64,000 nucleotides of DNA. Source: an uncultured Candidatus Saccharibacteria bacterium. Its GTDB lineage: Bacteria > Patescibacteriota > Minisyncoccia > Portnoybacterales > UBA2143. This document shows, piece by piece, positions 17,506 through 29,844 of this stretch. Both the position numbers and the translations under genes were made by a program. The stretch spans positions 2,550 through 66,549 of the forward strand of contig CAZQUN010000003.1 in assembly GCA_964596615.1 (NCBI GenBank), in the 5' to 3' direction. Below the pieces are notes generated by a model, which worked only from the letters and a program-made list of their open reading frames with translations, was not told the DNA's origin and searched no databases. Numbering within the stretch: the stretch's first letter is position 1; each line of letters starts with the position of its first letter.

Positions 17506-18972
17506 CTATTCTACCGCTTTCAAAAGTTCTGTCAAGATTTCCCGGGCAATTTCCGGATTAGCCTGACCTTTGCTTTTAGCCATAACTTTTCCAACCAGAA
17601 ATTGAAGAGCGTTTTCTCTACCCGACTTATAATCCTCAACTGATTTTTGGTTTTCCTTAATAACTTCTTTGGCTATCTTCCCTATCGTATCTTTATCACT
17701 GACTTGTTTTAATTCCTTTGATTCAACAATATGGGATGGGTCAGCTCCGGTCTGACACATTTCTTTCAGAGTTGTCTGGGCAGCTGAACTTGAAATTTCT
17801 TTTTTCTCAATCATGGAAATGAATTCAGCAAAGTTCTCCGGACTAATATGGCAATCTTCAATTCTTGTTTTGCTCTCTGAAAGAAGCTTCTGAAGTTCGG
17901 TTAAAAGATAATTAGCCGTTAATTTAATTAATTTGTCCTTATCCTCAATTCCCTTTATCTTTAACCAGGTTTCTAATTCTGAAACAATTTGTTCGAAATA
18001 GTCTGAAAGGCCTTTATTTGAAATTAAAACTTGGATATCTTTTTGAGGTAATTTGTATTGATTTAAAAACCTTTCTCTCTTTTGGCTGGGCATTTCAGGA
18101 ATTTCTTTTGAGATTTTCCCGCTTATTGTATTCAAATCAGTCAAAGGAGGTAAATCCGGTTCGGGGAAATATCGGTAATCCTGGGATTCTTCCTTTATTC
18201 TCTGGGAAAATGTTCTTTGCTTGTTTTCATCCCAACCCCGGGTTTCCTGAATAATTTTGTCGTTGGAATCTAACAAATCGGTCTGTCTTTTAATTTCGTA
18301 ATCAATTGCTCTTTTAACCGAACGGAAAGAATTAAGATTTTTAATTTCAACCTTTGTTCCCAATTCCTTTTTTTCTGATTTAAGAGAGATATTGACTTCG
18401 CATCGCATCTGACCTTTTTCCATATTAGCTTCAGAAACATCCAGATAGCGGAGAATCAACTGTAATTCTTCACAAAATTGCTTAGCTTCATCCCCAGTTT
18501 CAATATCCGGTTCGGTGACTAATTCCATTAAAGGCACTCCGGCCCGGTTAAAATCAACTAATGAATATTCTGTTTTTTCAGGATGAATTAGTTTACCAGT
18601 ATCTTCCTCCAAATGAACCCGGGTGATTCTAATCTTCTTGCCATTTATTTCCAGAAATCCCTTATTAGACAAAGGCAAATCATATTGGGAAATCTGGTAG
18701 CCCTTGGGCAGGTCGGGGTAGAAGTAGTTTTTGCGGTCAAACTTGGCTGAATCAGGAATTGAACAATTCAAAGCCAGAGCAGTTTTAATCACCGATTCAA
18801 TTGCTTTCTTATTAATTACAGGCAAACTTCCCGGTTGAGCAGTACAAATCGGGCAAATATGGACATTGGCCTGATTAACATCCGGATCATTAAGACAATC
18901 GCAGAACATTTTGCTCTCTGTTTTTAATTCAGCGTGGATTTCCAGTCCAATAACTGGCTGATATTTAGACAT
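17506..18972 (-). CDS. gatB: Asp/Glu-tRNA amidotransferase subunit B
   Basis: VIGLEIHAEL, FDRKNYFYPDLPKGYQISQ, DFNRAGVPLMELVTEP, DYRYFPEPDL. Confidence 0.98.
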   Translation of the reverse strand: MSKYQPVIGLEIHAELKTESKMFCDCLNDPDVNQANVHICPICTAQPGSLPVINKKAIESVIKTALALNCSIPDSAKFDRKNYFYPDLPKGYQISQYDLPLSNKGFLEINGKKIRITRVHLEEDTGKLIHPEKTEYSLVDFNRAGVPLMELVTEPDIETGDEAKQFCEELQLILRYLDVSEANMEKGQMRCEVNISLKSEKKELGTKVEIKNLNSFRSVKRAIDYEIKRQTDLLDSNDKIIQETRGWDENKQRTFSQRIKEESQDYRYFPEPDLPPLTDLNTISGKISKEIPEMPSQKRERFLNQYKLPQKDIQVLISNKGLSDYFEQIVSELETWLKIKGIEDKDKLIKLTANYLLTELQKLLSESKTRIEDCHISPENFAEFISMIEKKEISSSAAQTTLKEMCQTGADPSHIVESKELKQVSDKDTIGKIAKEVIKENQKSVEDYKSGRENALQFLVGKVMAKSKGQANPEIAREILTELLKAVE

Positions 18973-19041
18973 ATATTCAACTTAATCTTATCTGATTTTT
19001 TGGGAAAAATAAAGGGTCTATTTGAGTAATTATCACCAATG

Positions 19042-19113
19042 TTGACATAAGGCACTAAATGATTATTATTTAGATAAATAATAAGCTGTTCATTAACTCT
19101 TTATAACGGAGGT
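19042..19113 (+). promoter_or_regulatory. Sigma70 promoter and SD for thyA
   Basis: TTGACA 19042-19047, TATTAT 19064-19069, GGAGGT 19108-19113. Confidence 0.65.
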
Positions 19114-19120
19114 ATACCCT

Positions 19121-20038
19121 ATGATTCGATACAAAGAATTTTCAGAAAGGAGACCTGATACACAGTATCGAGATCTTCTGAGGCACATTAGAAGCAAAGG
19201 AGTAAGAGTCTACAGCCAGCAAGAAGAAGACGCCTTGATGGTTCTTGGTTATCAAATGCGTTTTGACCTTGAAAATGGATTCCCCATTATTACCGAACGT
19301 GATCTTGTCAGCTCGGAAAAAGAAAGGCCTTCTCAGTTTCAATTGGCTCTCGGAGAAGTCTGTGCTTTTTTAAATGGAGCCAGAACGCTGGAAGAAATGA
19401 AAAAGTTCGGCTGTGGGTGGTGGTCACGCTGGGTGACCGAAAAAAAATGCGCTAAACGAGGACTCAAGCCAGGTGATCTTGGTCCAGGATCTTATGGTCC
19501 AGCTTGGCGAAGTTTTCCTACCAGCGAAGGAAAGCCATTTGATCAGATTACACATCTGATTGAACAGATTAATGAAATTCCTCATCTTCGGACTCATATT
19601 GTCAATCCTTGGATCCCTCAGTACCTCGGTCGTGGCAAGGGAAAGCAACAAAAAGTGGTTGTTGTTCCCTGTCATGGTTGGTTCCATGTCTCCGTAAACA
19701 CCCATACTGAAGAACTTTCGCTCCATCATTTCCAACGGAGTGCTGACGTACCAGTTGGCCTTGTTTTTAATTTCATTCAGTATGCGGCACTGACAATGAT
19801 GATAGCCCAAATTACCAGCTACAAACCAAAAGAGCTTGTCTATACAACTTCTGACACTCACATCTTCTTGAGTCAGATGAAAGATGTAAACGAAGTCCTC
19901 CAAACTGAACCACAGCCATTCCCGACCGTAACAGTGAATCCAGACATCAAAGATATCTTTGCCTTCAGACCGAAAGATTTTGAGGTAACTGACTACTACC
20001 CTCAACTTCCAAGGAGGACAATATGGACACCTGTGTAA
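19121..20038 (+). CDS. thyA: Thymidylate synthase ThyA family (divergent)
   Basis: QMRFDLENGFPIIT, DLGPGSYG, PCH catalytic Cys, QRSADVPVGLVFN, DTH. Confidence 0.88.
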   Translation: MIRYKEFSERRPDTQYRDLLRHIRSKGVRVYSQQEEDALMVLGYQMRFDLENGFPIITERDLVSSEKERPSQFQLALGEVCAFLNGARTLEEMKKFGCGWWSRWVTEKKCAKRGLKPGDLGPGSYGPAWRSFPTSEGKPFDQITHLIEQINEIPHLRTHIVNPWIPQYLGRGKGKQQKVVVVPCHGWFHVSVNTHTEELSLHHFQRSADVPVGLVFNFIQYAALTMMIAQITSYKPKELVYTTSDTHIFLSQMKDVNEVLQTEPQPFPTVTVNPDIKDIFAFRPKDFEVTDYYPQLPRRTIWTPV

Positions 20039-20481
20039 AGAGCTTCGTTAACATCAAGAATGCCAGAGTTAAAGAACAACGCCAAGTAATGGAGATGATC
20101 GAAAAAGGAAGGTATTGTCCTTTCTGTCCCGAACATTACTCCGAAGCCAAGCTCAGGCCAGTTATCAGACAGGGTAAATATTGGCATATCAGAGAGAATC
20201 GATGGCCATACAAAAATACTCGACTCCATCTTATTCTAATCCATAATTCTCACGTAGAAAGACTTTCCGAAATTACCCCGGAAGCCGCCAAAGAACTCTT
20301 TAGTCTTCTTGAGTGGATTGAAGATGAATATCAGATATTAAGCGGAGCTATTGGTTTGCGGTTTGGCGACATCCACAAAAATGGCGCGACAGTTCTTCAT
20401 ATCCACACACATATCGTTGTAGCAGATTTGATTGATCGCGATAATCCAAATTATTTACCCGTTCGATTCAGAATGGGATAA
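20023..20481 (+). CDS. HIT-family nucleotide hydrolase
   Basis: CPFC, NRWPY, HIHTH triad; GGAGG RBS within the thyA 3' end (translational coupling). Confidence 0.85.
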   Translation: MDTCVKSFVNIKNARVKEQRQVMEMIEKGRYCPFCPEHYSEAKLRPVIRQGKYWHIRENRWPYKNTRLHLILIHNSHVERLSEITPEAAKELFSLLEWIEDEYQILSGAIGLRFGDIHKNGATVLHIHTHIVVADLIDRDNPNYLPVRFRMG

Positions 20482-20490
20482 ACAAACGAA

Positions 20491-20532
20491 AAGGCCCCAC
20501 CTTTAATCAATTAAAGATTAAAGAGTGGGGCT
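20491..20532. terminator. Bidirectional hairpin terminator between the convergent HIT and deaminase genes
   Basis: gccccac-ctttaatc ... gattaaag-a-gtggggc inverted repeat. Confidence 0.7.
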
Positions 20533-20534
20533 AT

Positions 20535-21371
20535 TTATTTTACCAAAATAATTTCTATCTTCTTATCCCGGAGAATTCTTTCTCCATCAAGCATTGCGTA
20601 TCCCGAATTAAAATAACATCTTTTAATTCCGGAGTAAGCGATAAGCTTGGCGCAAGGAGGACAAGGGAAAGTTGTAATGAAAAGATCCGTTCCCCCAAGC
20701 GCTATTCCTCTTCTAGCCGCTTCGCTAATAAGATGAGCTTCCGCATGTTGGTCAGTAGTCAATTCAATATGTATTCCACGACTAAAGAAAGAACGAGCAT
20801 CGCCTTCGAAATAGGGTGTATGAGAAGAGGGTACCTGACGATTGTATCCAACCAAAATAACTTGGCCGTCCCGGACAATAAGAGCACCGGTTTGACGCCA
20901 CTGATTCGTTGCCCTAATACTTTCTTTGATGGCCTGGTCCATCATCTCTTTTTCCATACCGTCGGTTGAAATAATGCGGTCATAGTTTACTTTACTAACG
21001 GCAAGCGATTTTGTCTTATCCCACCGAAGAAAAATACTATTATCAAATTCCACAGAACAACCCTTTAAATATTCCCTTGCTACAGCGTGACACTCATCCT
21101 CGTCTGGCATAATGATTGTAAGACCAGTTGACCGAATATTTTCAAGGTTTTCAATGTTTGCGATACGGATAGAATCAAAGCCACCCCAACCTTTAATAGC
21201 TTGTTTAGCTTGTCCGGGCGACAAAGCACGGATATCCTTTATCAAAGGGCGAAATGAATTTATCAGTTCCTGGCCAAAAAGATAGATTATTTTTACTTCT
21301 GGATACTTCTTAAAAAACTTCCAATAGCCTTGATGAAGTACGGGGATATAGGCTAAAATAATTTTTTTCAT
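20535..21371 (-). CDS. dCMP-deaminase-family Zn deaminase with an extra N-terminal HIGH-like (PVLHQGY) domain
   Basis: C-terminal RQTGALIV, GYN, HAE...FPCPPC; ~130-aa N-terminal extension beginning AYIPVLHQGY. Confidence 0.85.
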   Translation of the reverse strand: MKKIILAYIPVLHQGYWKFFKKYPEVKIIYLFGQELINSFRPLIKDIRALSPGQAKQAIKGWGGFDSIRIANIENLENIRSTGLTIIMPDEDECHAVAREYLKGCSVEFDNSIFLRWDKTKSLAVSKVNYDRIISTDGMEKEMMDQAIKESIRATNQWRQTGALIVRDGQVILVGYNRQVPSSHTPYFEGDARSFFSRGIHIELTTDQHAEAHLISEAARRGIALGGTDLFITTFPCPPCAKLIAYSGIKRCYFNSGYAMLDGERILRDKKIEIILVK

Positions 21372-21967
21372 GAGCTACCTCCCGTTACATCATCCAGGTA
21401 TTTACAAACCTCTTCAACTGTTTCTCTTAGACGATTTTTTATCTCATCTGACGGCTTAACCAGGATAAGTCTAACTTTCGCCGTTGTCGAGGTAGTTGCC
21501 TGTGATTCAAGAAGTTCAATCGTCCCGCAATATTGTTTAAGACCGACCAAATCTTTTTCTTTGTACATTCTTCTGGTAACAATTAGAACATCGGGACGAA
21601 CGGTTTTAATAAGTTGCCACTTTGTATCTTTGGCCTTTTTTAAAAAAACCAGGTCCACATGACGACAATGGCAGACAATTTCCATTCTTTCGTCTTGGTC
21701 GACAATCGGCCGATTGGGCCCCTTTTTTTGTCTTACTTTTTCATCGCTGTCAACACCAACAACTAGCACATCACCTTGATCTTTGGCTTTTTCAAGATAG
21801 CGACTATGACCGATATGAAATAGGTCAAAAGTTCCCGAAGTCAAAACTATCTTTAAGCCCAATTTTTTACAAGAATCAATCCTTTCCATTAATTGCTCAT
21901 AACTTTGGGCAATTCTTTCTTCGATGTTTGAACCGGGCCCAAAAATATCATGTGTCTTATCACCCAT
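21368..21967 (-). CDS. Cytidylyltransferase/adenylyltransferase (HIGH superfamily, RfaE-II/TagD-like)
   Basis: GTFDLFHIGH, GVDSD, KKGPNRPI..ERME, STT. Start set to ATG 21967 after AGGAGGTG; ATGA overlap with the deaminase. Confidence 0.88.
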   Translation of the reverse strand: MGDKTHDIFGPGSNIEERIAQSYEQLMERIDSCKKLGLKIVLTSGTFDLFHIGHSRYLEKAKDQGDVLVVGVDSDEKVRQKKGPNRPIVDQDERMEIVCHCRHVDLVFLKKAKDTKWQLIKTVRPDVLIVTRRMYKEKDLVGLKQYCGTIELLESQATTSTTAKVRLILVKPSDEIKNRLRETVEEVCKYLDDVTGGSS

Positions 21968-22026
21968 AATATTCACCTCCTATATTTTTGATTATAAACC
22001 CAAAAGGACAGATGTCTCTGCCCTCC

Positions 22027-22146
22027 TCATTTAACACTTGGTTCTTTCGGTATTTGACCAACCTTACAGCCCCTGCCAGAAACCCTTTTGACAAACCATT
22101 TCCAGGGATTCTTCCAAAATTTTATCTTCTTCTCTTTTTTCTTCAC
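22027..22146 (-). CDS. Small cationic Trp-rich peptide, 39 aa (MKKKEKKIKFWKNPWKWFVKRVSGRGCKVGQIPKEPSVK); not in ORF track
   Basis: GGAGGTG RBS before GTG 22146; followed by GGGCAGA/TCTGTCC+TTTT terminator at 22002-22023. Confidence 0.55.
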   Translation of the reverse strand: MKKKEKKIKFWKNPWKWFVKRVSGRGCKVGQIPKEPSVK

Positions 22147-22178
22147 CTGACACCTCCATATATTTTTAAAGTCCTATC

Positions 22179-22601
22179 CTACTTAACCTCAATCCCCATT
22201 GACCTTGCTGTCCCTTCGACAATTTTCTGGGCCTGCTCTAAATTATAGGCATTAAGGTCAACCATTTTCTTCTGGGCAATTTCCTTGATTTGTTCTTTAG
22301 TCACTTTTCCAACATTGGTCTTATTCGGTTCGCCGGAACCTTTTTGCAATCCGGCCGCTTTTTTAAGTAAATCAGAAGCTGGCGGAGTTTTCAACTTAAA
22401 ATCAAAAGTTCGGTCCTCGTAAACCGTAATTTCAACAGGAATAATATCGCCCTGTTTATCCTTTGTCGCTTCATTAAAACGAGTACAGAAATCCTGGATA
22501 TTTAATCCATGCTGTCCTAAGGCTGGACCAACCGGCGGAGCCGGATTAGCCTGTCCGGCCTGAATCTGTAGTTTAATAATTGTCAGTACTTTTTTAGCCA
22601 T
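22179..22601 (-). CDS. rplK: 50S ribosomal protein L11
   Basis: [31 protein letters not shown]. Confidence 0.98.
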   Translation of the reverse strand: MAKKVLTIIKLQIQAGQANPAPPVGPALGQHGLNIQDFCTRFNEATKDKQGDIIPVEITVYEDRTFDFKLKTPPASDLLKKAAGLQKGSGEPNKTNVGKVTKEQIKEIAQKKMVDLNAYNLEQAQKIVEGTARSMGIEVK

Positions 22602-22602
22602 T

Positions 22603-23145
22603 TTAAATCTTTTTGACCTGTAAGAAATCTAATTCAACCGGAGTTTCCCTGCCAAACATTGAAACCAGGACTTTAACTTTTCCTCTTTTCTCGTCAATCT
22701 CAGAAATCTTCCCGTCAAAATCCTTAAAAGGCCCGTCAACAATTTTAACATTGTCACCGACAATAACATCGATTTTGAATTTAGGCTCTTCAACACCCAT
22801 TCTTTTCTGAAGAGATTTAATTTCATCCAGAGAAATCGGAGTTGGAACCGTTCCGGCACCGATAAAACCGGTTACTCTCGGGGTATTCCGAACAACATAC
22901 CAGGAATCATCTGTCACAACCATTTCAACTAAAACATAGCCCGGATAGACTTTTTCTTCAACAATCTGGCGTTTGCCGCTTTTAATCTTAATTTTCTTCT
23001 CGGTCGGGACTAAAACATTAAAAATCTTGTCCTCCATATTCATTGATTCAATCCGCTGCTTTAAATTTCTAGCAACGGCTTCTTCGTATCCGGAATAGGT
23101 ATGGAGAACATACCAGTTTTTCCCTTGTTCTACTTGCTTAGGCAT
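22603..23145 (-). CDS. nusG: Transcription factor NusG
   Basis: [40 protein letters not shown]. Confidence 0.98.
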   Translation of the reverse strand: MPKQVEQGKNWYVLHTYSGYEEAVARNLKQRIESMNMEDKIFNVLVPTEKKIKIKSGKRQIVEEKVYPGYVLVEMVVTDDSWYVVRNTPRVTGFIGAGTVPTPISLDEIKSLQKRMGVEEPKFKIDVIVGDNVKIVDGPFKDFDGKISEIDEKRGKVKVLVSMFGRETPVELDFLQVKKI

Positions 23146-23148
23146 AAT

Positions 23149-23349
23149 CTATATGACAAAAGTATTTAGTAACCAACTGAATAGGAAATCCAAGCCGCCC
23201 AAAAAAGCGGCAACGGCCAGGCTTAAACCAATAACAATTAAGGTGTGCTTAATTGTTTCCTGGCGAGTTGGCCAAGTTACCCGTTTTAATTCCAAGCGGA
23301 CTTCTTTTAGAAACCCTATTCCCTTTTGTGGTAGTTGACTAATTTGCAT
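23149..23349 (-). CDS. secE: Preprotein translocase subunit SecE
   Basis: ELKRVTWPTRQE plus one TM helix; upstream of nusG. Confidence 0.93.
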   Translation of the reverse strand: MQISQLPQKGIGFLKEVRLELKRVTWPTRQETIKHTLIVIGLSLAVAAFLGGLDFLFSWLLNTFVI

Positions 23350-23420
23350 TTTCTTAAAAAAGCCCCTCCGGGCTTTATTCAATCCTATCCTAAGCCCGAA
23401 AGAGTGTCAAGTTAGTAAAG

Positions 23421-27279
<3,859 letters not shown>

Positions 27280-27282
27280 ATA

Positions 27283-28266
27283 TTAAAACTGCTTTAAGAA
27301 TCTTAAATCATTTGAATAGAATAACCGGATATCATTAACTTTGTATTTAATCATGGCTAATCTTTCCAAACCGGCGCCAAAGGCAAATCCCTGCCATTTT
27401 TTAGACGGATAACCAACTGATTTAAAAACATTAGGATGAACCATGCCAGCTCCCATTAATTCAAGCCATTTACCTCCTTTTGGTCGGGCATCAACTTCAA
27501 AGCCCGGTTCGACAAATGGGAAATAGCTTGGCCTTAATCTAATTTCTGTTTCCTTTCCAAAAAACCTGGTTAAAAACCCTTCAATTACTCCTTTGAAATT
27601 AGCCGCTGAAATATTTTCTCCGACCATTAATCCTTCAACTTGGTAAAACTGAGCTTCATGGGTGGCATCGGTGGCTTCATGCCGGAAACATCTTCCCGGA
27701 ACAATCATTCTTAAAGGCGGACTATTCTTTTCCATATGCCTGGCCTGCATTGGAGAAGTATGGGTTCTTAAAAGCAAATCAACACCCTTTAACCAATAAG
27801 TATCCCATAAATCTCTGGCCGGATGGTCTTTAGGAATATTCAAGGCGTCAAAATTGTAATATTCGGTTTCAACTTCCGGGCCGTAAATAACGGAAAAGCC
27901 CATTGATTGAAAAATTTCTTCAATCTCTCTTTGGACTAAAGTAATTGGATGAAGATGTCCCTGGGGCGGCAACTTGCCCGGTGCTGTGACATCAATCCAA
28001 CCCTTTTTGCCTTTGCCAAAATCAACTTTTTTAATTGAAAACTTTCCTCTTTTTTCTTTAAAAACTTCTTCTAAATCTTTTTTAATCTGATTGGCTAATT
28101 GGCCTTTTTCCTTTCTTTCTTTTTCATCCAAATCCTTCAAAGAACGCAAAATCTTGGTCAATTCCCCTTTTCGACCAAGATATTGGGTATAGAGAGAGTC
28201 AAGATTTTTTAAATCCTTGACTTCTTTGACTTCATCTAAAATTTTATCTCTTAATTCTTCTAGCAT
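27283..28266 (-). CDS. pheS: Phenylalanine-tRNA ligase alpha subunit
   Basis: HPARDLWDT, LRTHTSP, FYQVEG, YFPFVEP, GFAFGAGLERLAM. Confidence 0.97.
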   Translation of the reverse strand: MLEELRDKILDEVKEVKDLKNLDSLYTQYLGRKGELTKILRSLKDLDEKERKEKGQLANQIKKDLEEVFKEKRGKFSIKKVDFGKGKKGWIDVTAPGKLPPQGHLHPITLVQREIEEIFQSMGFSVIYGPEVETEYYNFDALNIPKDHPARDLWDTYWLKGVDLLLRTHTSPMQARHMEKNSPPLRMIVPGRCFRHEATDATHEAQFYQVEGLMVGENISAANFKGVIEGFLTRFFGKETEIRLRPSYFPFVEPGFEVDARPKGGKWLELMGAGMVHPNVFKSVGYPSKKWQGFAFGAGLERLAMIKYKVNDIRLFYSNDLRFLKQF

Positions 28267-28274
28267 AAATTAAG

Positions 28275-28664
28275 TTATCTTTTCATCAGCCACCATTCGG
28301 CTAATCCCACTAAACCAACTAACAAAACCAAGTGCCACCAGGAAAGTATTCTTTGGCTTTGTAAAATTAGGACTGAAATTAAAATGACGCTGAAAAGCAA
28401 TCCCTGGCGAAATGAGATTTCCAAATCTCGGACAACCTGGCTTTTAGGCAAAGGGATTCTTCTTTTCTTCCTGGTAATTTGTCTGACTAAAAATCCGATT
28501 AAAGTGAATATACCGGTAAGGCTGATAAAGAGACAGGAATAGAGTAGGACAAAAACCAAGGTTCCGGAAGCATTGGGATTGAAGTAGATTAAAATAGCTG
28601 CTAAGCAGGCGCTAGCTAAAAAAATGACCAAAACCAACCCTGCTAGATATCCTGATATATTCAT
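28275..28664 (-). CDS. Hypothetical membrane protein (4 TM)
   Basis: Hydrophobic segments and SFRQG motif. Start moved to ATG 28664 because the longer ORF overlaps a tRNA. Confidence 0.75.
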   Translation of the reverse strand: MNISGYLAGLVLVIFLASACLAAILIYFNPNASGTLVFVLLYSCLFISLTGIFTLIGFLVRQITRKKRRIPLPKSQVVRDLEISFRQGLLFSVILISVLILQSQRILSWWHLVLLVGLVGLAEWWLMKR

Positions 28665-28719
28665 ATCTATTACTTTAATTTTACTATATTTCAAAGACCA
28701 AGACAACCCCCAAAAGGAC

Positions 28720-28748
28720 TTGAAATATCTTAAAATGTGGAGTATAAT
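28720..28748 (+). promoter_or_regulatory. Sigma70 promoter of the tRNA cluster
   Basis: TTGAAA-17-TATAAT, 5 nt before the first tRNA. Confidence 0.7.
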
Positions 28749-28753
28749 AACAT

Positions 28754-28824
28754 TGCGCGGTAGAGAAGTAGTATCTCGTGAGGCCCATAACCTCAAGACC
28801 CGGGTGCAACTCCCGGCCGCGCAA
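28754..28824 (+). tRNA. tRNA-Met(CAT), probably initiator, with non-canonical loops
   Basis: Acceptor TGCGCGG/CCGCGCA; D stem GAGA/TCTC (A11-U24, an initiator trait); anticodon arm TGAGG-CCCATAA-CCTCA; T arm CCGGG-TGCAACT-CCCGG. Confidence 0.85.
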
Positions 28825-28831
28825 CTCGGAT

Positions 28832-29608
28832 ATGTTATTAAGAAGATGGACCAAAGAAGAAGAGAAAAAACTTAAACACCTCTACTTAAGAACAAAAACA
28901 CCCGTAGAGGAGATTTGTCGAATTATAGACAGATCGCCACCAGCAATTCAGAATAGATTAAAAATATTAGGATTCAAGAAACGTCGGTTTCCTATCATAG
29001 CCAGACATCCAGACAAAGTTACTCCTGCCTTAGCAAGGATTCATGCTCATATATGTGGAGATGGCTGTATGTATACCCTTAGAGAGAAAGACTCTTATGG
29101 CCCATGGGCTAAATATCGAAAAAGGGCCTATAGAACTAAGTATAATACATGTTATACTAATACCAACCCAAAGCTCCTTAAAGAATTCCGGCAAGACATA
29201 CAGGAAGTTTTTGGGATTAAAGGCAAAAAACTAAGAGATTTTGATATAAGGTTAAATTCTAAAAGAATTTGGCGATTACTTAAAGAGATGGGCGCAGGAA
29301 ATTCTCATGAATGGTCTATCCCGAAATCTATCACCCAAGGATCGTCTAATGTGAAAAAGAGTTGGATTAGGGCGTTTTTTGATGACGAGGCGTATTTCAA
29401 TGACCGAGGCAGAATCAGAGTAAAGTGCGTGAATAAAAAAGGGCTCCAGCAAATTACTAAGATATTAAATGAGTTTATTCCATGTAATCTTTTGCCGAAA
29501 AAAGGTTCGTATTGGGGAAATACTTTTTGTATAAGTATAAATAAAAAGGATGCTCCTAAATATTTCTCTAAAATAGGTTCACTTCGTTATAGTATAATGA
29601 AAAAATAA
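28832..29608 (+). CDS. HTH (Myb/SANT-like) plus LAGLIDADG homing-endonuclease-family protein
   Basis: N-terminal RRWTKEEEKKL..RSPPAIQNR; two LAGLIDADG-like helices LARIHAHICGDG and WIRAFFDDEA; YTNTN motif. ATG is 7 nt after the tRNA end. Confidence 0.8.
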   Translation: MLLRRWTKEEEKKLKHLYLRTKTPVEEICRIIDRSPPAIQNRLKILGFKKRRFPIIARHPDKVTPALARIHAHICGDGCMYTLREKDSYGPWAKYRKRAYRTKYNTCYTNTNPKLLKEFRQDIQEVFGIKGKKLRDFDIRLNSKRIWRLLKEMGAGNSHEWSIPKSITQGSSNVKKSWIRAFFDDEAYFNDRGRIRVKCVNKKGLQQITKILNEFIPCNLLPKKGSYWGNTFCISINKKDAPKYFSKIGSLRYSIMKK

Positions 29609-29612
29609 TCAT

Positions 29613-29686
29613 GGCGGCGTAGCTCAACTGGTTAGAGCGGGAGACTCATAAGCTCCAGGTTACAGGTTCAAGTCCTGTCGCCGCTA
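29613..29686 (+). tRNA. tRNA-Met(CAT), elongator type (Ile2 not excluded)
   Basis: GGCGGCG/CGCCGCT acceptor, GCTC/GAGC D stem, CTCATAA loop, GGTTCAAGTCC. Confidence 0.9.
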
Positions 29687-29701
29687 CTAAAATTAAATAA
29701 T

Positions 29702-29775
29702 GGGGGCGTAGCTTAGTGGTTTAAAGCGTCTGCCTGTCACGCAGAAGATCGAGGGTTCGAATCCCTTCGTCCCCG
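29702..29775 (+). tRNA. tRNA-Asp(GTC)
   Basis: TCTGC-CTGTCAC-GCAGA anticodon arm, GGTTCGAATCC, G discriminator. Confidence 0.95.
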
Positions 29776-29844
29776 CAGTTAGAAAATAGCCCGTTTGGGC
29801 TGTTTTTTATTGTCTTTATTATTCTATGACTATACAATTGAATT

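Noticed and set aside
19424-20005. 193-aa antisense ORF over thyA
   Set aside because: No motif or RBS; a shadow ORF. The same applies to most short antisense ORFs over ribosomal and other core genes (e.g. 42583-43059, 46439-46915, 62902-63363).
19121-20038. ThyA as a phage-type dCMP hydroxymethylase or part of a prophage
   Set aside because: The specificity residue is Asn (FN), not Asp, which indicates a uracil substrate. No phage or integrase genes are in the window.
21988-22248. 86-aa + strand ORF downstream of rplK
   Set aside because: TTG start with no RBS, antisense to rplK. The - strand 39-aa ORF has much better signals.
23350-23410. Hairpin plus U-run before secE with an alternative pairing (tcgggctt)
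   Set aside because: Adequately explained as the gyrB terminator overlapping a secE promoter; the evidence for a switch is too weak.
28778-28831. GTG-extended N-terminus of the LAGLIDADG ORF, or a tRNA intron
   Set aside because: The extension overlaps a complete tRNA. Both flanking tRNAs are uninterrupted, so no intron is needed.
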